NCBI GenBank assembly: GCA_002269645.1
Contig: NIVC01001111.1
Span: 1 to 64,000 of the forward strand
DNA length: 64,000 nucleotides
From: Macrostomum lignano
Lineage: Eukaryota
Direction: 5' to 3'
Each line of letters begins with the position of its first letter. Position 1 is the stretch's first letter. A program made the translations under genes and the position numbers. This document shows positions 11,818 to 23,599 of this stretch, piece after piece. The notes under the pieces are model-generated. The model saw only the letters and a program-made list of their open reading frames with translations, searched no databases and was not told the DNA's origin.

Positions 11818-13896
11818 TTAAGAACAATTTCACTGCAAGAAACAATCTACTCGTATAAAGTAGTAAAATGTTTTAAATGAGTATATAATGGGGGAATTGT
11901 CGAGTAGCAGTTGCCAAGGAAGGGCTCGTATGTTCTCTAAACATCTGCAGGAGTGCAATTTACGCTGTTCGCTCGTCTGGCAGTTTTCGCCACAAATATG
12001 CGACTCTGTTCGGACCGCATTCGATGATGGAGAGACAGCGGTCGTTCTTAAAATGTATTTTCGCGTCGCAAGCTATGCGCGGACGCCAACAATTCGAATC
12101 TACCTTGTGGCTGCCATGGTCCCAGCTTACGGATGCTGGATCAATCGACTTGCAACGCTCGCAGCTCTCGACCAACCGCTCTCGGAAAAGCTGTCTAGCC
12201 AGTTATAGGGTCTCCTACGTCAAAGTGATGTTGCTCAAGTTGATGTCGGATGCAGCACACTGAGACCATCCCTGGGGGCCCTGTTGTGCCAGAAGGTCAT
12301 GTCGAGGATGTCGGGTCCACTTCCCATGGATGCATATATGCACAAAGCTACGTAAAGTACGCGCTTGATAAGCAATAAGCAAAATGAATTATTTTGTATA
12401 TTGATTGACTTTGATCGAAACCATGCATTCACGAGAGTTACTTTTACTAAAGCAGAACCTCATAACCTCAAAAATTTTGCGTAATCGAATTCTTCAAGTG
12501 GTGAGCCAGCAGGAGTGGCTAGCAAAGACTTCAAGGATGTAAAGTTTCGAGCATGTGAAACGCCCCTCCCCCCACCTTAAGTTGCAAACTTTGTCTATAG
12601 TGCAAACAGCTTTGGCACTTTTTTGTTCCCCACCTATTATTACATGTATATCCGCCTTGTATAAATTAATTCTATGTCTGTCTGGAAAGGGGATTATAGT
12701 GTCCGATCAGACAGCTATTGGTCAATTAGGAGAGCAATACGTGACAGCTGCATGGTTAATTAGACCGGTTTGAGGTCACGCACGCGACCTATGTTCATTT
12801 TTTTCGTTCTAACAGTGTTTTTAATTGCTTTACTATAAAAAATTTTCAATAGTGACGACGAGCAATTGCATGTCATCCTTTAAGGTATTTACGTAGCAAC
12901 CTGGAAAAGCCTCAACAAGTTTTAATAAATACCGAAATGCAAAAATATGTATGAAGTTGTATCTTCTCATTGATTGTTAATTGAATCTTCCAACGTTCCG
13001 TGACGCTGAGTTGGCTGCTTTTTTGTGCAACGGATAGGGAGTGCAAATCGTCTTTCGGTGTGCCCACCGCCCAGCAATTTGAGGCAGTGGAAATTGTGGA
13101 ATAGTTGGGATAGCCGAAGGAAACCACCGTACAATCAAGCGGATGGCGACCAGAAGTGGACGCGACAAGCTGGGCATGGTCTTCTGGTACAGCTTCGCTC
13201 AAAAGGACAAAGCAGCTCGATTAGAAGCTCCAATCAAAGCATATTGCTGACGCAACTGAAGCCAGTTTTTGCTTCCGGCTGGGACCGAGGTCATTTTGAA
13301 GCCACTTAAATGCCTGATGCACGGATGAGTGGTCACGTGACGGGTCCAACTCGTCGTTACACTCCTATACCTTCTAACTAGTTATCTTATGATAATCCAC
13401 ACCTCCACTGCACCATTGTAGTCGTCTTGCTTTTGTCTGTAAAACAGTAAAAAGCAAGACCCTTCGATTATATGAAATTTCGAGCTTGTGAAAGGGACAA
13501 ACAATTGTAGTTTTCTACGATACGATCTACGATGTGAGGTTTCGAGCTTATAACGTTTACTGTCTTCAATTACGAGTATGTGAAAGCGAGCTTTAGATGT
13601 ATTTATTATCAAATGAACCCATACAAACAAAAAACACTATTTTATTAACGATTTTAAATACGAGCCTTCTTACAGAACAAGTGCATTGGCGAAGCAAAAT
13701 GGAAGAATTTATAATTCAATTAGTAACAATGATGAGGTCTCGATTAATTAAGTGTAATGTTTGTAAACAGGAACAATTATGCGAGCTACCAACAGAAAAA
13801 GCAGAACATGCAACGAGAAAGACTTCAGTTAGTTAGACGAGACGGTGTCGTCTAACCGTCTTTAGTTAGACGAGACTCTCGTCTAACTGATGGGAC

Positions 13897-14785
13897 ACCC
13901 GCTACCCTCTCGGTGGGTTAATTGGTAGGAGACCCGCTACCCTCTCGGTGGGTTGGTAGGAGACCCGCTGCCCTCTCGGTGGGTTGGTAGGAGACCCGCT
14001 ACCCTCTCGGTGGGTTGGTAGGAGACCCGCTACCCTCTCGGTGGGTTGGTAGGAGACCCGCTACCCTCTCGGTGGGTTAGTAGGAGACCCGCTACCCTCT
14101 CGGTGGGTTGGTAGGAGACCCGCTTCCCTCTCGGTGGGTTGGTAGGAGACCCGCTACCTTCTCGGTGGGTTGGTAGGAGACCCGCAACCCTCTCGGTGGG
14201 TTAATTGGTAGGAGACCCGCTACCCTCTCGGTGGGTTGGTAGGAGACCCGCTACCCTCTCGGTGGGTTGGTAGGAGACCCGCTACCCTCTCGGTGGGTTG
14301 GTAGGAGACCCGCTACCCTCTCGGTGGGTTAGTAGGAGACCCGCTACCCTCTCGGTGGGTTGGTAGGAGACCCGCTACCCTCTCGGTGGGTTGGTAGGAG
14401 ACCCGCTACCCTCTCGGTGGGTTGGTAGAAGACCCGCTACCCTCTCGGTGGGTTAATTGGTAGGAGACCCGCTACCCTCTCGGTGGGTTAATTGGTAGGA
14501 GACCCGCTACCCTCTCGGTGGGTTGGTAGGAGACCCGCTACCCTCTCGGTGGGTTAATTGGTAGGAGACCCGCTATCCTCTCGGTGGGTTAATTGGTAGG
14601 AGACCCGCTACCCTCTCGGTGGATTAATTGGTAGGAGACCCGCTACCCTCTCGGTGGGTTAATTGGTAGGAGACCCGCTACCCTCTCGGTGGGTTAATTG
14701 GTAGGAGACCCGCTACCCTCTCGGTGGGTTAATTGGTAGGAGACCCGCTACCCTCTCGGTGGGTTAATTGGTAGGAGACCCGCTG
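13897..14785. repeat. Minisatellite, 31-bp unit (CCCGCTACCCTCTCGGTGGGTTGGTAGGAGA) with 35-bp AATT-insertion variant, about 27 copies
   Basis: Tandem units read directly. The 35-bp variant dominates the right third. Confidence 0.95.
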
Positions 14786-14879
14786 CCGTCTCAGTGTGGC
14801 AACCTGATTTTCGACTGCACCCAGGTTTTGGAGCCAGGATGCAAGAAAATGCACAATAATTTAGACGAAAAACCTTAGT

Positions 14880-16486
14880 TTAGGAATAGTACTCAAGCCT
14901 AGGCAAGCTAAGGTCAACAGGCCGGCCGGGCCCGGTCTCAAGGTCCGGGCAGAGCTGATCAAAATCGTAGCATAACGAGGCGTCGCAATGAGCAGATTGA
15001 GTGAGATCGAGAGCGCCGCACACTGGCTGAGCTCGCTCGCCGGCAAGGTAGGTGCCATCGACCAAATTAAAGCCGTCCTGTATGCCCAATGTAAGATCTA
15101 GGGCACCGTCCTTGCTCAAAGTGAACGAGGAGATCGGTGGTAGGACGCAAGAGGAATACACGGCTGTGTGGGGTGGAGGCGGGTGCTGCGCTGGCGGTGG
15201 AGGCGGCGGCTGCGCAGTTGGAGCAGACTGGCTCGAAGCCAGGCGCAGGGGTGTGGCAGCAGCTGCTGTTTCTGCTGCTGCTGTTGCCACCGCAGTTACA
15301 GACGGAGATGTCGCATTGGTTGCGGCTGAACCGCCGCTGGTGGCTGAGAAAGGACAGAGAAAAAGAATGAATATTAATTTTTATATTGTAATACATTGTC
15401 TATCTCCACAGTTGCCACACTGCCCTGTCATGCCAAAATGAGTGCCTGTGGCGCTAAAATGAGTGCCTGTGGCGCCAAAATGAGTGCCTGTGGCGCTAAA
15501 ATGAGTGCCTGTGGCGCTAAAATGAGTGCCTGTGGCGCTAAAATGAGTGCCTGTGGCGCTAAAATGAGTGCCTGTGGCGCTAAAATGAGTGCCTGCGACG
15601 CCAAAATGAGCGCTGACAACACCGATTTTCAAAATAATGTACATTTAGGAATTTAGTCATGTACATGTAAAATTCTTGGCTTTGTCCCCCCCACCGTAAA
15701 ATCCATGGCGACGCCCCTGCAAATTGTCAGTCAGTCAAATTGCTTGAGACAATCGCCGTGTTCCCCTTGCTTCGGGCTGACCTTCACAGGCATGAATCGT
15801 ACGACCAAACCCCCAAGCCAAGTACGAAACTTCGCCGCACACGAAATCGAGCCCAGGCATCTTAGTGCTAAAATTTGTTCTGCTCTGTCCGAATGCAGAC
15901 ACACGACTGATTCTTTAGAATCTTCAACACGTTCAGAGTTTCAACTATAATGTCCATCCACGCTTTAAAACTTGTGTACAATCAAAATTTTACCATCAAG
16001 CGGCTCGTCCGCATGCCAGCGCTTCCGATGCTTGCGCAAATTGCCGGGATCTTTGAAAGCTTTGCCGCAGTGCCGGCAGTTGTGCAGCTGGCCCCGGTGG
16101 CCACGCTCGCAGCGACTCTTGTCAGCCGAATGGGCGAATCGTTTGCCGCAGACTGAGCAGGTGTGGCGCCGCTCCTCTGGTAGCTGATGAGATTCCAGAT
16201 GCCGGCGTAGGTAAGCCTCGGTGTTAAAACGCTTGCCGCAGTGCACACAGGCATGTTGTAACTCATTTGCGTGCAGAGCTGCGTGCTGCTGCAGCTGGTA
16301 GCGATACAGGAACGGCTTTTCCAAGCGCTTGCAGCCGCGCCACTGGCAGGCCAGACTGTCGCCTGATTCTAATTTGGCCGCGTGCGACATCACGTGATTG
16401 GCCAAGTCGGATTGCACACAACCGACTGGGCAACCTCGCCACAGGCATTTAAGCATTGTTTTACAGATCGCTGTGGGATTTTGCAT
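14880..16486 (-). CDS. C2H2 zinc-finger protein with 5 fingers (first two tandem CWCH2 type) and a low-complexity C-terminal exon, about 318 aa. Exons 15994-16486, 14880-15343
   Basis: Fingers CLWRGC..HVMSH, CQWRGC..HAALH, CVHC..HLESH, CSVC..CERGH, CRHC..HRKRWH. The phase-1 donor G|GTAAAA (15993) joins acceptor TTTCTCAG (15344) in frame with the 14880-15290 ORF. Confidence 0.8.
15433..15719 (-). mobile_element. One-ended copy of the hAT-like element at 50722-52276, with about 8 units of its 21-bp minisatellite, in the ZF gene intron
   Basis: Ends in TGGCGACGCCCCTG (TIR). The adjacent about 80 bp and the AAAATGAGTGCCTGTGGCGCT repeat match 50722-50830 in reverse complement. Confidence 0.85.
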
Positions 16487-17776
16487 GGTAAATTTGCACT
16501 TTTAACAACAATAATCGCAGGATACTGTGGTGGCTGAGGAAATTCAGGTACAAGTAATGTACTACTTAAACAAGCTATAGCCCACTCAGTATATAATTAC
16601 TTAATATAGTTAGGGCTGGACAAAATACTTAATAGGCAAGGGAATAACTAGGTATTTTGTTTGGAGGTATTGTTTTTCATCCCAAGTTCTAAACTTCTAC
16701 TTAGAAAGTTAGAAGCACTCTTATCAATTTTTACTTATTATATGTAAAACAAGCTAGAGTTAAGTATTGCTATTCAAATCTGGGAAAATAATTCAGAGTT
16801 CATATAAATTAAAAGATTGGTCATAGCCTATCAAATCAAAGCCTATCTAAAAATGGCTAATGTAAATTAACCTTATATAGTAATGTAATGATTATGAAAT
16901 GATATAAGATAATTTAAAAAGGCTAAGGTTAGAATGGATATTTTAGAATGGATATATAGATATTAAAAGTAAAGTAAGTCTATTGTAGCCAAAGTTTTTT
17001 GAAGATATTAATCTTAGCTCTATTAGACAAACTAATCCTTACTACAAATGCTTTTTAGCATATATTTAAATTTTAGCTTTGGCAAACCATAGCATTTTAT
17101 TAGTTAATAGGAATTTATAATTTATATATTCATTGGCAGCAATAAAGATACTAAAGTGCTATTGCTTTTTACCTTTAAATTATAAGACCATAAACTATAA
17201 GCAATCAAAGAACTAATATATGTGGCAGACTTTAAAAATGCCCACCCCCCCTGACATAGGCCTATATCCTGATTCCTGGCTACATGCCTGATACCAATTA
17301 TTATGTAGCTACAATTTCCACTTTATAAATATATTTAAAAAAGGGTCCTAAAGTTTAGCCAAAAAAATTAAAGCAGTTATTATAGCATCAACCTTTTCTA
17401 TTGCTAGCTAATGGCATTGCCATTTCTTCCTATAGATATGATAGCAAGCACCTATAAATTTGGTATCTATATATGCTTTTTGATGCTTGTGCTTTTTTGT
17501 GCCAAGTATTTTGGTATTGCATATTAGTTATAAGCTATGCAATCATAGTAAAATAATCACAATTGACAAAAAATTGTTAACAAGTTTACCTAGATATGAA
17601 TGGACTGATGGGCACATATGTCCCCAGTGTCCCCCCTGGCCTTTGTGCCTTGGCTATGCTCCTCCATGCATATAGAATAAGTGCATAGGCTATATAATAT
17701 ATTTACAATATCTTAAGAAAAATATTGTATAAAAACATATTGTGTTAGTAAGTGATAGCTGATAGGCCTAGTAAAG

Positions 17777-19926
17777 GGTACCCAGTAAAATGCGGAATCC
17801 GCAACGGAATCGGAGTGGAATAGTACAGTAAAACGCGGAATCCGCAGCGGAATGGTAAACTGCGGAACGAAGTGCGGATTCCGCATATTAAAGTAAAACG
17901 CGGAATGCGAAAATGAAAAAAGTAAAATGTGGAATGAAAACTAACTGAATTATACTTTTATTCATCAACATCAACATGTACTAAAGACTACAAATAGCTA
18001 TCTAGCTACATGTATATATAGCTTAATTTATTTAGAAGCTTTTTGTAGTGTCAAATAAAGTTTCTATCATCGGAATGTATATTAACAACATATTGTGCAG
18101 TTTTTGGAAATAAGTATATGCTAAAAATACAAAAATAAATTTCTTTGCAAGAAATGTTTAAATATTCCATTTGCCTATCTTGCAAATGCATTCGGAAGTG
18201 TTACCATGATGCTCACTTGCGCTAGGCTTCCGCACCAGTTTATCACAATATATCATGATATTAAAAAGTGCTTATGCATGGACCTGGCCTGATTTCCAAG
18301 TGCCAAAATGTGCTACAAGGGAACCTAACGTACAAGCAAAACCCTTTCCTGGACATCCTTTTTGATGTGACCAACTATTAACAGCTAATTTTCTAAATGT
18401 ACTGTTTGATTGAATCTATGCATTAACTTTTCTGTGGACAAAGCCCACGAGATTAAGTTCCGAAGAGGGTTTACAGGCGACAACAACCCGCTTTACGGGT
18501 GTGCGGGTAGAGCCTCTATGTGACTATGACCCAAAACAACAGCCCAGCAGTTGATTTGTGTCCTTAGAAGTAAGCACTATTTGCAGGCATAGATTAATAA
18601 AGTTAACAAAAAGGTTGCGATAAAAACAATGCCCATTTTTGTAATAGTTACTCCGGAACCCGATGTGCAACTATAAATATAAACGTATGCCCAGATTGAT
18701 AATTTCCATACTATGACTTGACTTTGCGATTCAAACACTGCATAAACATTACAATTCGGGGAGTCGAATTTCTTGGGTTTGTCCTCCAGTGGAGGAGTTC
18801 CACTCGTTATACCTAACTTTCTATTGCCTAGAGAAGTTACTATATATGATTTATCTGATTCATACCCCCAAGCAGTGGTTAATTCGATAGAATAGAATGA
18901 AGGGATTGTTATGCAAGTGAGAAATCAAATAATTTTATACATTTTCTTATATTTACTAGCAAAATAGAGCCCCAATAATAAATAATCAAGCACTTATTCG
19001 TTAGCGATTCGCTGTCCCGTCGCTGGCGAAAAGTTGCTGGCGAAACTTCGCTAATGTTCCGCTGACGATTCGCCAATGCGACCGAGGTGGAAAAACTATG
19101 TTTTATGCTGCAGGAAGAAAAGTTCCAGACAAACACAGCTTTTTGAAACGTTCTATATGGGAAATGAAGAAAAAAATGTCGCCACTACTTCGCTGTCTCG
19201 CTGACAATTCGCTTGCGATTCGCTGGCGATTTTCCCAGAGGGTACTGACTTTCCATACTGATCTGACTGATCTGACTTTCCATGCTTCCTTGTACTATTT
19301 ATTGCCTTTCTTGACACTAAAAACGTAAAAGCGTCTTGCAAATCGTAATTTTAGCTTCGCTAAAATCAATCTTGTCCTAAAGTTTCGGATTTAATTTTTT
19401 TTTAGAAATGCACATTTAATGCTACGATTTTTTTTGACAGCAATAGGATGTATCATGTAGGATGACTTCTCGCCACATGTCAGCGGGCACTTTTGAAATA
19501 CATTAAATATAAAAATTGTACGTAGTATGCACTTTCGCTTCCAGAGTATGAATTTACCTTAAATAAGTTGCCAAAGCTCTATCTTCATTCCGAAAATTAC
19601 TGTATCTTAACCATTTTGCTGAGGATTTTGCTTAGGGAAGATCAACAGATTTGATTTGAGTGTCATAGTGACAATGAAAAAAAATTTGTTCAGCAAAAAT
19701 GTACATAAATTTCAGATGTTTTTTTAAATATAAGGTGATGAATAAAAGTATAATTCAGTTAGTTTTCATTCCGCATTTTACTTTTTTCATTTTTGCATTC
19801 CGCGTTTTACTTTAATATGCGGAATCCGCACTTCGTTCCGCAGTTTACCATTCCGCTGCGGATTCCGCGTTTTACCGTACTATTCCATTCCGATTCCGTT
19901 GCGGATTCCGCATTTTACCGGGTACC
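17777..19926. mobile_element. Non-autonomous Mutator-like element (MULE), 2150 bp
   Basis: About 191-bp near-perfect TIRs (17777-17967, 19736-19926) starting GGTACCC, with perfect 9-bp TSD CTAGTAAAG (17768-17776, 19927-19935). No intact transposase ORF inside. Confidence 0.9.
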
Positions 19927-21458
19927 CTAGTAAAGCTGTAGAACCACTTGACAAAGGCATAGAGGCTTAAAGGAAAGTTAGGCCTATATATATACTTATC
20001 GTTTTATCTTTATACAAATTCAATTTTTTATTGTTTTAAAAAATTATATAGGCCTAATTGGCTGAAATTTTATACTATAGTATAATTTTACAACAATAAA
20101 TTATATGAGTTTATATATTTTATGATTTTTAAACTTTCAGGTTTTAAGTACGCTGGCAGACGAATAGTATAGTTCCCGAGTAAAGAACTCTTATACAGCT
20201 AAGTCATCATTCAATCAGTGCAGTCAGTCATCGATGATGTTGAGGTGGGGGTGGAGAAGAAAATAAAAATTTTGAAATTGGGAAAATAAAATTTGGGGTT
20301 TGTCGTCGGCACGTAAAGCCGGAAAATTGCACAAATTGCTGCGTTGAGTCTTCTCCTTGGATACTCCGTCTGCCGGGGTCCTCAATTCCGGGGGAGGGTA
20401 GTCGTGTTCGTAGTCGAGCGGTCTTGTAGCGGCCCGGGTCGTTCAGATTGGTTCCTCGGACACCGTAAAATTCGTAGTTCGTCGAAGATGCTCGTTTGGT
20501 TACTAACAGTAGTAAAGTAGCGCTGCCACCACCGTAAATGTCGTTTTACGGAACGTTGAGGGTCTCAGAGCTTTCTTTGAGTTGAGACTGACTGGTTATT
20601 TTACGCCCCGCGGGCAAATGACTCAATAGAAACTAAAGGCTTCGATTCTGAACAACTGTATGAATAATATTAATATTGGCGAACTTATTAATTAGGATTG
20701 CGTTATTATTATTGTTATTGTTGCTTATTGTTACTACGCGAGATAATTGACCAACAACCAACAGAGAGAGAGCGAGCGAGCAAAAATAATAATCAAACAC
20801 AAAAGCAATCGCAGTAGTAGCAGAAGAAGAGGAGGAGGAGGAGGACGCAGATAAAAGAAGTAAAACGCAACGGTTTTATACATAAAAATTACATAGATCC
20901 AATAGGGGGAACACCGAAAGGAACACTGGGTGGAACACCGGGGGGAACACTGGCGGAAAAAAAGGGGCAAACCCGGAAGGAATACAGCAAAACAAAGCGG
21001 GACCAAGGGAAGGGGCAACTATTGGACCAAAGGTGGGGGCAACGAAGGGAAAGCGCACAGTTCAACCGGGGGAGCAGAGGTGACGTCAAGAATATCCCAC
21101 CGGGTGGAAGCGCTTCGCGCGTCGCCAACCGTTGCAGGAGCCCCAGTGGTAGACCGGCCTACCACAATGTCATGTCAATTGTTTCCTAGAAAGGTATACG
21201 ATTTAATTAATAGTAAATGAATGAGGTTCAAAAAATCAAACTATATACCACATTAGCTTTTCTGAGGCATCAAGATGTTTAACAAGTAAGTCAAGAAAAA
21301 AATTTATAGAAATTTTAACAGTATTATTTAGTACTTATGTTACTCTTGAATGTCGTTCAAATCCCAACACTATTTTTTAAAAAGTTTGCCTACGCCTGCA
21401 ATGACCTCATACACTCATGGGAGTCGTTAGGAGTCAGGACTAGGCAGTCTTCATCAAA

Positions 21459-21838
21459 GAGCCTCTTCATATCGCCGGTTCGAAAAACGGAACCGGTTCC
21501 GAACCGGTTCGTCGCTCTTCATATCAATGGTTCGAAAAAACAGAATCAGTTCCGGAACATGGTTCTGGTTCTAAAATATGGTTCGAAAAATTATCTCGAA
21601 CCGTTGTCATGTTTACACTTTAACAGAAAATATATTTGAAATAGTCAATTTTTTATTATTGTTATATAATTATTCCTTTTTTGTCATATCCAAGAGGAAA
21701 CAAAGTCAAAGAACGACAAAATTAAATTGTAAATACTGTCAAACATAAAATGGGTTCGAAGCTCCTCATTTCACACTGGTTCTGGTTCTAGAACTCGAAT
21801 TTATTCTGGTTCTAGAACCGATTGCCGTGAAGAGGCTC
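21459..21838. mobile_element. MITE (380 bp), probably PIF/Harbinger-type
   Basis: TIR GAGCCTCTTCA / TGAAGAGGCTC, 3-bp flanks AAA/AAA, and many subterminal GAACC/GGTTC repeats. Confidence 0.7.
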
Positions 21839-22420
21839 AAAGAGGACATACATCGGATACTGCGAATTAATACCTGCTTTGCATGCAAAAAGATTCTTAG
21901 CTACTTACTCATTTTTAGTATATACGGCTCGTAGAACTATGGCATTATCTCAATACAATCCTTGCTTAACTAATTTAATTAAAAATTAGTTTAGATAGGT
22001 CTAGGCCTTAGCACAGCTGCACTATTTATTTTAAAGCCTGCTAGGCCTCCTCATAAAATAGTGAATATTTTTTATATATAAATTCAGACTAGGCCAATAC
22101 AGTATATGTATCAAACTATTGGCCTAAGGATTCTAGTAGGCCTAGGCCTAATAGTGACTCCAACAAAGAGATTGATAAATTTAATTTTATTTTTTATTCT
22201 ATTGAATAAATCTCATTTCATTTGTGTAAAAAATACAAAACTTTAATAATTTAAATGTTTAATATTTTTGTAATTGATTTTTATGGGCTTTTAGAAGGTA
22301 TCAACACTTTTAGATGCCTATCAGCCCATGCTTTTTGGTTGGCCTATTGCATTTTGGTATCTATATCCCATGGTCTAGTTTGCTTTTTGGTATACCTAAA
22401 ACAGGTATAAGTTAAAATAA

Positions 22421-22856
22421 GGCAGTTGTTATTTGTCCTGTGACCGGACGAATAGCCTTTTTGCTATTTGTCCGGTTAAATTGCTAACATAAGTATCTTA
22501 TTTGTTTTGTGATGAATAGACCTATTCTCGTCTACTGATTAATATTTTCTTGTATACTAGAGTGTTATGCAAAGCAATATATTATTCAATTCAGCATAAT
22601 TTGGTGTATAAGACACACACTAGTATAACAATATAATAATCAAGATACGAGTAAGAAGTCTTTGAAGTCTAGGAATATTTACCCTTGTGGTTTTTATGAA
22701 CTAGATATTTTAGCATTATCAATTTAACTGGACAAATAACAAAATGTTTATTTGTCCAGTATTAATTGGATGAATAGGAAAGCATGGTCAGGATCCAGTA
22801 ACCGGACAAATAACCACATTGCTATTTGTCTGGTCACCGGACAAATAACAACTGCT
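22421..22856. mobile_element. PIF/Harbinger-type MITE (436 bp)
   Basis: About 27-bp TIR RGCAGTTGTTATTTGTCC(T/G)GTGACC with TAA target duplication on both sides. Internal GGACAAATAAC repeats. Confidence 0.8.
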
Positions 22857-23599
22857 TAAAATTAATTAGATACAGAAATAGAAAATATTCCATAATCTAG
22901 CCTAATATAAATAATAAGTGCACTATAGTATTGTTTCAATCGAAATTATATTTATAATAATATAATATTGTTGATAAAAATCATCTTGACTTAGGCCTTA
23001 TTTATCTAAGCTTTTTTAGTACACATATTCTTATGTAATTCTTATTTATTATAGTATCAAAATAACTATAGCTAGATATATAATTGAACATAAATTTTCA
23101 AGGATAAAATAATTTTTTAATATTATTCAATGTAAATATATTAATACTAGCTAGTAATATCATTATTAGATCCAATTCAAATACTAATTAAACATCTTAT
23201 ATGAATATTTTAGTCAATAATAGAATACATTAATATAAATAAAAAACCAACAATCAACATTTGTAAGACAAATGCATTTCATAATCTATTTATCATCTAT
23301 GGTACATCTTCAGGTTTATTTTATTAGAATAAAAAAACTGAACTGAGGTTAATGATAATGAATATTTGTGTGAAACAAAAACTTTATGAATAATTATTCT
23401 ATATAGTAAATTGTCTAAAGATCAATAGGCATGTTGAGGACAAAAAATGTTAGCAAAGCAATATAGTCCATAGTTGGCATTTTCTCAAAACTTAAAAGAC
23501 ATAAAGACAATGGCCTGTGCCACTATATTGGAATTGAGTTTTGAGGTTGTGAGACAAAACTTTTATGTGCATGGCCTCAAGAATCTTAAGTTTATAGTT

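Noticed and set aside
13897-14785. Regular 31-43-bp arrays (also 29877, 32535, 36985) as CRISPR arrays
   Set aside because: The units are head-to-tail with no unique spacers, there are no cas genes, and the context is eukaryotic. These are minisatellites.
20150-21230. GC-richer, purine-skewed region with GGAACAC repeats as an LTR or gene
   Set aside because: I found no paired LTR, PBS, TIR or convincing ORF or splice structure. It is left unassigned.
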